From: Paraspadella gotoi
Lineage: Eukaryota; Animalia; Chaetognatha
Direction: 5' to 3'
DNA: 64,000 nucleotides
NCBI GenBank assembly: GCA_051294375.1
Contig: CM119266.1
Coordinates: 21,705,875 to 21,769,874, forward strand
Shown: one piece after another, positions 55,270 through 64,000 of the stretch
How positions within the stretch are numbered: the first letter of the stretch is position 1
How the letters are laid out: each line of letters starts with the position of its first letter
Notes under the pieces: model-generated
The model's input: only the letters and a program-made list of their open reading frames with translations
Told to the model about the DNA's origin: nothing
Databases searched by the model: none
Translations under genes and position numbers: made by a program

Positions 55270-57742
55270 TTTAATTGTATTTTAACTACAAGCCAAAATT
55301 AATTTTATTAATACAAATTGCAACAAAAAAATTGAAAAAAAGTTAAGCCATGCCGTAATAACTCTAAATATCTAATAATTATCTAATTATTCAAAATGAA
55401 AATGCTCAAATATGTTGCTATTCATCCCTATCTTATTGGCCTTCAAGAATGGATAATAGTGATTAGTGATTAATGGATAAAAAAACGTATTACGTCAAGA
55501 GATGTTCACATTTTTAAAATAAAATATGTTTTTTTCCTTCGACGAAGAAAAAATAAAGAGGAAAAGCTGCATTTGCTTTGTGACGAGCTTTCTTTTGCTG
55601 ATAAGGAATAGGGCCCCTTGTCCCCTTGTCCCCTTGTCCCATCCCGGATCAAGAAAAAGGAAACTCAAAAAAATTAGGATTAGCATTCAGGTCTAATTTA
55701 GTTAATCATACCGTGTCTCTTCCCCCTTAGGCTTAGGGAAAAGTAAATAAAGGAATAAACCGCGGGAATCGAAGGGGTTCACCGGTGCCAATGTTTTCAG
55801 GCTTTGTTATTTTTAGTGTTGTTGTGGTAACCGCGAATATTTAGATGTTTTTTTCCGGAAATAGTTGAAAATATTTCAATTCAATTTTTCTTCGGTTAAT
55901 CTTCACGTAATCAAAAGAAAAATGTCGTATAAAAATCAACTAATTTTATAATAATACTTGCGTTTATTAAAATTAATATTTAATACTAAATGCAATGAAA
56001 TTTTATAACACCTGGCAAAAAGATTAGACCACTGGTGCTGACACTGAGTAGGTAAGCTCTAGATACCGACTGGGGAGTGGGCAGTGGGCTGTGGGCACTG
56101 GACAGATTAGAGTTTCGGCTCGAGCCGCTGTTTCTGAGCGAAGACAATAGGATTTCGGTGAAAATGGAATCCCGTTGTTTGTTCTGTCCAAGCGTTGGTC
56201 GCTCGCACTGTTTGCGTTAAGGTTGTTTTAGCGTTCTGATGCTGAAAAACAAAATAAATGCGGAATACGTTTGTAAACAAGAAAACAGAAGCCCCTTCTC
56301 ATTAATAAACAATTGTTTCACTAAAATATTTGTATGCCAAATTAGTATCACGTCAACGTAGCTATGTTTAAGGTACATACGTATAAATCACTCAACGCAA
56401 ATGCCACGTCTGGTGTCATTATTTGCTTCCAAATCATTATAAATTATCTATTCTTTCGGTATATTTTTTTAAATTGTAATGAAAATTTTATAAAAAAATA
56501 TTCAATTGATTTCTCTCCAGCTTTATCATCCTGGTTTATATCCAGCTGTGGCAAAAAATCGAGAAAAAGTTTATACAGGGAAATTTCAGTTTCAATGCAA
56601 ATTTAATATTAAGAGAGTGAATCTAAGAATGATAAAACTTTCCTTTATAAGTGTGTTTGCCTCTTTGAAAGATAAGGGTGAGAGGATCTTTATCTTTTTT
56701 TTGATTGGGAATTATTTGGTTAAAGTTTTTTTTTTTTTGCTTTACCCTTCACGATGTACAGTTTGCGTTGGGATCCTTTGAATTAATGCCTGAGCCTTTG
56801 TATAATTAAAACAACGAAATTCGTATAAAACACCTGAAATTGGATGAAAAGTGGACGAGGACGCATCCTCAAGAGTTTCATCTGTAAAAGGTGTTCGGAA
56901 AGCGGGACCACCGTCGTCGATCCACTTGACGGAGATAGAATTTTGTCAGAACCACATCTTAATATAAAACAGTTATAAAATAAGCCCCGTACGCTTAACA
57001 ACGCCCGATCGAGAGGCTTCATTTCTTTGTTTTTAATTGCGCCGAGAGTACTCGCGGAGAAACTCTATAAGTAACTTTTCGGTCGGTCTGTCGGTCGGTC
57101 GGTATGTCCGTCCGTCGGTCTGTCCCACTTACATTAAAAATGCATATAATTTGTTAGTTGCTCATTTGTTAAGACAGGAAAAAACCTGAAATCTAAGTGA
57201 CTGCTAGCGCCGCCTTCAGGAAATCCGAAAACTAAAAGGAATAAAAGACGGAATTTCGATGCATAAATAAATACAAGGGCTAAGAAAGTTTTTTAGTCAT
57301 ATCATATCATGTTATGTCATGTCATACACATAAAAATAAAGTCACTGCGACGCAACACATTGGAATCACCGTTCTTGTTTAGATCTGTAAGAGTGGAAAA
57401 AAAATATAAGGTCAATGATCGGTAAATAACTATTCTCTACTTTAGGATCTGTCGAATGAATAGAATTTAATCCGACAGAAATTGTGATCCATTCCATTAA
57501 GTCTTCTCCTTTCTTCGTAGTTTAAAAATAGACACGAGGGTGTGTTTCTTGCATGATTGTGTGCGCGGCGCACGCTGTGCTTGGCGGCGACAGAGAAATA
57601 TGCGAGCTCTTACAAAAACGAATTGTTCTCGAGGGTTTAGCTTTAAAAAAGTAAACAAACCAAAAAAAAGAAGCGTGAAAAACGACAGCATCGCAAAATA
57701 CCCTGGAAAAATTTATTTTTCTCTTCTTCCTTACGGGTTGCG

Positions 57743-57784
<42 letters not shown>

Positions 57785-58176
57785 ATATCTCTCTCATCCT
57801 TCCTCTAGTCATAAATGATCTAATCCTATTTCCTCGCTCTTCTTTTTAACCACGTCTCCATCCTGATAACAAGTAGGTTTTGCTCTGACTTCAAGCCAGA
57901 AACCTTTTCATGGTTGGTCAGTCCCTCATTTCTCTGCTCTCACCTCGTCTCTCTCCTCTCTCGTCTCCCTCTCTCTCGTCTCGTCGCTCTCTCTCTCTCG
58001 TCTCTCTCTCTCTCTCTCTCTCCGTGTTGTCCAAATCTCGCTCTTATCCGAATCATTTAAAGGACGCCGGGGGTGAGGTTTCGAGCCCAAACAAAAAGTC
58101 GCACCTTTTACGGGTTTGAACCCGGGGAACCGCGTCCTGTTTTCTTTCTATTTTTAGTCGTCGAGGGGGAAAAGAT
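55270..58176 (+). repeat. Copy 2 of the ~3 kb direct duplication, lying between assembly gaps
   Basis: Colinear with 43750-46975; N-gaps at 54850-54874 and from 58177. Confidence 0.9.
57030..57379 (-). mobile_element. HINE-like element (copy within the duplication)
   Basis: As 45801-46148, with terminal near-palindrome CCGAGAGTACTCGCGG. Confidence 0.65.
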
Positions 58177-60017
58177 NNNNNNNNNNNNNNNNNNNNNNNN
58201 NNNNNNNNNNNNNNNNNNNNNNNNNNNNNNNNNNNNNNNNNNNNNNNNNNNNNNNNNNNNNNNNNNNNNNNNNNNNNNNNNNNNNNNNNNNNNNNNNNNN
58301 NNNNNNNNNNNNNNNNNNNNNNNNNNNNNNNNNNNNNNNNNNNNNNNNNNNNNNNNNNNNNNNNNNNNNNNNNNNNNNNNNNNNNNNNNNNNNNNNNNNN
58401 NNNNNNNNNNNNNNNNNNNNNNNNNNNNNNNNNNNNNNNNNNNNNNNNNNNNNNNNNNNNNNNNNNNNNNNNNNNNNNNNNNNNNNNNNNNNNNNNNNNN
58501 NNNNNNNNNNNNNNNNNNNNNNNNNNNNNNNNNNNNNNNNNNNNNNNNNNNNNNNNNNNNNNNNNNNNNNNNNNNNNNNNNNNNNNNNNNNTTTTTTTTC
58601 GGGCTTTTTATTCTCTTCAGAAAGGTACTCGAGTTGAATCAGTTCAAGCTCAAGTACCGAATAGCAAACGGAAAAGTTTACTGTTTACAATTTAATTATT
58701 GATACTCCCCTCGAGATATGAATTTTTATTTTTTCACTCTTGGCTCTGGCAAAGTTTNNNNNNNNNNNNNNNNNNNNNNNNNNNNNNNNNNNNNNNNNNN
58801 NNNNNNNNNNNNNNNNNNNNNNNNNNNNNNNNNNNNNNNNNNNNNNNNNNNNNNNNNNNNNNNNNNNNNNNNNNNNNNNNNNNNNNNNNNNNNNNNNNNN
58901 NNNNNNNNNNNNNNNNNNNNNNNNNNNNNNNNNNNNNNNNNNNNNNNNNNNNNNCGTCGTCGCCATCGTCATCGTCCTCTTCGATTCTTCCAGCGACTTT
59001 GTTTCGCCGAATCCCTTTTTATTTTAGGGTTACTTTTATCGACGGCGAGCAAAGCTTTTTTCTTCGAGTAACACAACCATTTTACGTTGTTTTTGTGCTT
59101 CCAATTTTTTTTATAATCTTAATCGNNNNNNNNNNNNNNNNNNNNNNNNNNNNNNNNNNNNNNNNNNNNNNNNNNNNNNNNNNNNNNNNNNNNNNNNNNN
59201 NNNNNNNNNNNNNNNNNNNNNNNNNNNNNNNNNNNNNNNNNNNNNNNNNNNNNNNNNNNNNNNNNNNNNNNNNNNNNNNNNNNNNNNNNNNNNNNNNNNN
59301 NNNNNNNNNNNNNNNNNNNNNNNNNNNNNNNNNNNNNNNNNNNNNNNNNNNNNNNNNNNNNNNNNNNNNNNNNNNNNNNNNNNNNNNNNNNNNNNNNNNN
59401 NNNNNNNNNNCGGGAGCTCGCGTCACGAGGCCTTATAGAAAAATATCCGATGAAGGTTAGAGGTTTATTTAAGAAAACACAGGTTACAGAGTAATAGAGA
59501 GAGAGAAAAGAGAAGAAGAGAGAGAGAAGAGAGAGAGAGAGAGAGGAGAGACCCGCCGAGACAAATTTATCTCCTGCTTTCGTCACAGTTTCTTTGTCAC
59601 GCCTGGAACGTTCATTTCGTGTGTGTTTTTTTCTTTCTCACGGCCTTAAGTCCTAGACGAATAACAGCTTTTTTTTTACACGCAGTTATTTAATAAAACT
59701 CTAACCTTTTGACTAACCATGGAGCTGATAATAAAGTTATAAAACCAAATATGAGCCGATTGGAACGGACGTTGCCAAATGATATTAATGTATCGATGGG
59801 TGGTTCTATGAGAATTCTTCGTCCATACTCTTCCGAGTTCGCTTGTCGCTTTTCTGCGTGTCAGTTTGCTCCTTGTCAATGTCACTTAATATTCAACTCA
59901 ACTTTTCTGAAGCTTCCTTCGTTTCCACAAAATTGGATTGAATTTCTTCCTTTTTTCCCCTTAGTTTTTCTCTTTGCTTTCTAAGTTATTTTTGTTTCAA
60001 GTTTTTTTTTCCGGCTT

Positions 60018-60075
<58 letters not shown>

Positions 60076-60859
60076 CTCTTCTTTCTCTCTCTTCTTCTCT
60101 CCTCTCTCTCTCTTTTCTTCCCTATTCGACTTATGGTACGATTTAGTTTCCACGGTCTTTTTTTTTTTTTCGGACTTATCTTGAGTCCAATTATTTCTCT
60201 TTCTCCTTCTATTTTCTCTCTCTCTCTCTCTCTTCTCTCTCCTCCTCTCGCTCTTCTCCCTCTCTCGTTTCGCGTGGTCATAACTAGCTTTCGCTTTCTG
60301 GCTGCTGTCATCGTTCGCTTGCTTGCTGGGTCTTCTCTTCTCTTTAACATGCGTTTTAGCGGTTGCAACGCTCTCCCCTCTCTCTCTCTCACGTGCGTAC
60401 TCGTTATGAACAAACGAATCACGAGTCTCCTCGAGATAAGATATTATTTTCGATCGCACGTTCATCTGTCACACCTCGAGAAGTGTAATAATATCGTTTC
60501 CTCTTTTTTTCCCAAGAGAGAGAGCTGATCAATTCTTAGGCTAAAAACAAAATATTCGTTCCACTCCATGCAATGTGGGATAGGCTAGAGAGTAGAACGA
60601 GACCGAGTTTTGAGAGTCTCGAGATTCTCGATGCCCATGCAACAAAGAGAAGAGACATAACGGAATGGATTGAGACCAAAGAGAATAGAGTAGTAAATAG
60701 AGGGCCGAAAGACTAGACTTGATAAAAGTACACAAGTTGGTTCTCAGAATGTTATACAAAGATTAAAATAACTATGTCTAATTATGAATTTATTTTTAAA
60801 GATTTCATATTATATTTTGCTTTCTAGGTGAATAAATTCTGTACTTATAACTTGTGCTA

Positions 60860-61100
60860 ACCCAGATTACGTGTCGCTGGCCAGATTGGGGAGTTAGCGC
60901 GATGGATGAAGCTGTGAAACACTATAATTGTAAGATAACAAGATTATCTTTTCTTCGACCGTCATACCAACAGGTATCAGTAGGCTTAGAATCTTGAGAG
61001 CAGAAGAAGATGAGGAGGAAATTAGACATTTATCTAGGATATGTTCTGGACAACCAAAGGTAGTGTCGTCCGGTAGCGGTACGCTAGTTGAGGGACCCTT
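60860..61100 (+). mobile_element. Possible degraded CR1/L2-type LINE 3' end
   Basis: Translates RRKLDIYLGYVLD, resembling the KxxLDxxL..PD C-terminus of CR1-group ORF2; short and frameshifted. Confidence 0.3.
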
Positions 61101-63049
61101 GTTACACTAATGTGCCCATATCTGTTTTTTATTCCCCATCTTTGTCTGCTCTCTACTCTTGTGTGTGTACTATTGCGTGTTGTTATTTGTCGGCTTAACA
61201 ATTGTGTGAACCGACAATTGGAATATCCCCACCGAAGCTCACCTGTTATTCTGTTCTCTCATAATCTAATTATCATTGTCACGAGGAACGGATACTAATG
61301 TTTGAAGAAATCGAGAAAATTCTTACTTTCCAATAAGTTTTAAGACGCACTAATTTGTCAATACGTCAATGTATTACCGAAGAAATAATACCATACAAAG
61401 AATAGATCCACAAGAATATGTATCTTTCGCTTTCCGAGACATATCGGAACTTTACCAGAGGGGAAGACAGAACCACGAAACACAATATTAAAAGTCGGCG
61501 CACTCACGCTGAACTTGTCTCTATTCTATACATAATTAATTCAAGTTGAATAAGCGCGTGAAGCTAATTCGTGCTGGCGACACAACCATCGTTCTCATCT
61601 ACTCTCTAACTCATTCTCCTCTTTTCGTCCCTCTCTCTACTCTCTTCTCTCTCTCTCTTTCTCTCGTCTTCTATCTCTATACTCCTCACGGTGGAGTTCC
61701 TGTACCTCCTGCTATCCGGTTACTTAATTATTATTCTATATTTCCTGCAGCCAACTATAGCGAGGGACACTGTACGTCATCGAACAAAGTTTAAATCTGA
61801 AATATGAATTACAAATTCCTGAGAGTCCCCAGATATTCATACGTTCTCTTGGAGTTTTTCTACCTATAGAGAGTAGAGTACGTACCCCGTGTACCGTGAA
61901 CAAAATTGTAAAGAAGCAAAAGAAGAGTACTGGTGAACTTCATTAGTCGAGACGAGAACGAAGACCTCAGCTCTCCCGAGATGATTGCGAATAATGTGGA
62001 ACTTTACGCCCGAGCTACCTGAAATTTTGAATCGTAGCATACAAGAGCCGATAAAGGTTTGGGAGAGAGGATAAAGAAGACGTGAATGATTGGTAATATA
62101 CCTTAGATTGACGACTCAGTTATATATATTTTACTCAATATTTTTCGCCCGAACCAACAAGTTACCGTCTATTGGCCTGTTAAAATTTAGAATTGGCGAA
62201 AACTTATCGCTCTCGAAAAAAACCACCGGTAATAACGTCTCCGTATATGAACAAACCCAACCGGAAAAGATAAATCTAATCAAATTTGGGTGCGTATCTG
62301 ACGAACTTAGGCTTATCTTAAATAATTAGATTCACAAGTTGTGCCTATCCGCCAATGGATTCAGTTAATAAACGAAATAACGTTTTTATCACTCAGCCCA
62401 CTCAACGGCTGTTCGAGCTCACCGTGAATGCGTTTTTAAGTCTAGCACGTGTTTCGAACGACATCGACAGTAATTTGAAGATCTGAAGACCGAAAGAAGT
62501 GGCGTCACGAGAGCGGCGATGCTGTGAAGGATCTCCTCCGTTTTAAATGGAATTATCGACGAAGATGAAGACGACGACGAAAACGACGAAGCGATAACGA
62601 CGATCAACAACGGGCATGTGACCCTCCTCTTTGGCACAAGTTGATAAAACCGAGTATAGTTTGAAAGCGATATCTAAGACATTTTATTTCGGAGAGATGT
62701 TAAGCTGTACATTGTGAAAAATGAACGTATCTATCTATAAAATTATGAGAGCGACTGAATACAAAAGGGGGATTTCGGATTTGTTCGAAATCTCTCGCAA
62801 GCTGCAATCCCACGATCGCCACCACCGGTCTCACGCGGCTGTAATTCGAACCTTGGCCCGACTTCTCCTCGGTGGGTTAGTGGAAGACTTTTATTTGCAG
62901 AGTCAATCTTTTCGTGCGAAGTCACGAATACTATACACAGAGACCTACGACAAGCTGTAAACGCTGCGCTAGAAGGCGTTAGCCTTATTTTGTTCAATAC
63001 AAACTGTTCCAATCTCGCGATCGAGGATGTCTCCGGTGTCTACTGTTCC

Positions 63050-63750
63050 GTGAAACACTTGTACTCTATTCTGACGAGAATTAGTAGAGGTCCGATTCAT
63101 CCGTACATCTTCCGATCGCCCGAGCCATTAACCGATGAACCACTTCACGCGCGGTGCCGTCTAGATCCCGCCGTAGTCCCTTCTGTCGAATATCGCTCAC
63201 CGTAACCCGCCGATGAATTGTATTGTGCGCGGATAGAGATAACGCAGGAGGGGGTTCTGTCCTCGTCACTTCGGTGCACCAAGAGGTGATTAGTTTAGGT
63301 AAAAGTTGTTAAATCTTATTATCCGGCGTGACCTGAGGATCGTCTGTCGAACTTCGTAAGATATCGTGTGTCTTCCGATGCTCGTTAAGACACGGCTGTT
63401 CGATTGCCCACGAAAAAACACGGAAAATTTTACTTCATACTCCATATGCAACTTCGAGCAAATAAAAAACAAGAAAAGTCTAATATTCAACATAAGGCTT
63501 GAGGGTATTAAAGAATTCACTCCTGCGTCCTTTCGCAGATTGCCTCCTGTTGCCGATTTTTGTTCGTAGTCCGACGATAGAAAGTTTATCTTTTTGGACC
63601 GTTCTTCCGCTGTGGTATAAGTAGACTTTTGATTTTAATTGCTCGCGTGGGTCCTGATGACGATCTCGTCAATTAGGGTGTGTTAGATGAACCATTGAGC
63701 GTCCTTATGTGTGCCGAACGTCAATAGGTCTTTGTTGCCGCATTGCTCCG
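63050..63750 (-). mobile_element. Possible highly degraded retroviral-type integrase remnant
   Basis: Broken-frame fragments in integrase order: PQRKNG, CSKLHMEYEVKF, GQSNSRV (cf. PQSNGxxER), AHNTIHRR (cf. YNxxxH). Confidence 0.3.
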
Positions 63751-64000
63751 CATCCCTTTTGCGGCCTCGCGGGAGAGGGTATTTGCAACGGTTCGAAGAA
63801 AGGGAACCAGGAACCGTCATTTCCGTGGCGTATATTTCTACCATTGTCGGTCGCACTTGGCTTCGGCTTCGTCTCTAGCGTCACGGAGGGGAATAATGAC
63901 CCTTGACGAGACGTTTGGTTCGTCGCTAAAAAAGCGTTTATACAAGAACATCGTGCGACGCGCAAGTGACACTGCACTCGAACGGTTATACGATATAAAA

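Noticed and set aside
58073-59586. ORFs containing X runs
   Set aside because: They span assembly gaps.
63650-63680. CTGATGA plus hairpin
   Set aside because: No GAAA box.

Overview
Genomic DNA from an invertebrate animal: AT-rich, many ~50-70 nt GT-AG introns, (CT/GA)n microsatellites, N-gaps. Positions 1-37 kb are gene-dense. They hold an hnRNP U-family gene (3' end off-window), RBM45, a CH/coiled-coil/SAM gene, two uncharacterised charged coiled-coil genes, cytochrome c, an intron-containing OpgC-like acyltransferase-3 and a ZNF474/ZC2HC1C-like zinc-finger gene. Beyond ~37 kb the sequence is repeat-rich and indel-noisy, with a ~3 kb duplication and degraded TE remnants. The standout is a ~650 bp non-autonomous LTR element at 14417-15069 (near-identical LTRs, tRNA-Trp-type PBS, PPT, ATAG TSD). 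Each LTR carries a tRNA-like Pol III promoter followed directly by a circularly permuted (type P5) twister-ribozyme fold, making it a candidate Pol III-driven twister LTR 'retrozyme' that could release a 419-nt circularisable RNA. Also seen: two minimal Penelope-type hammerheads (one inside an intronic inverted repeat), a TA-flanked MITE, Helentron-type non-autonomous elements and an unexplained structured ~280 bp intronic element. All calls are by eye; no searches or folding programs were run.
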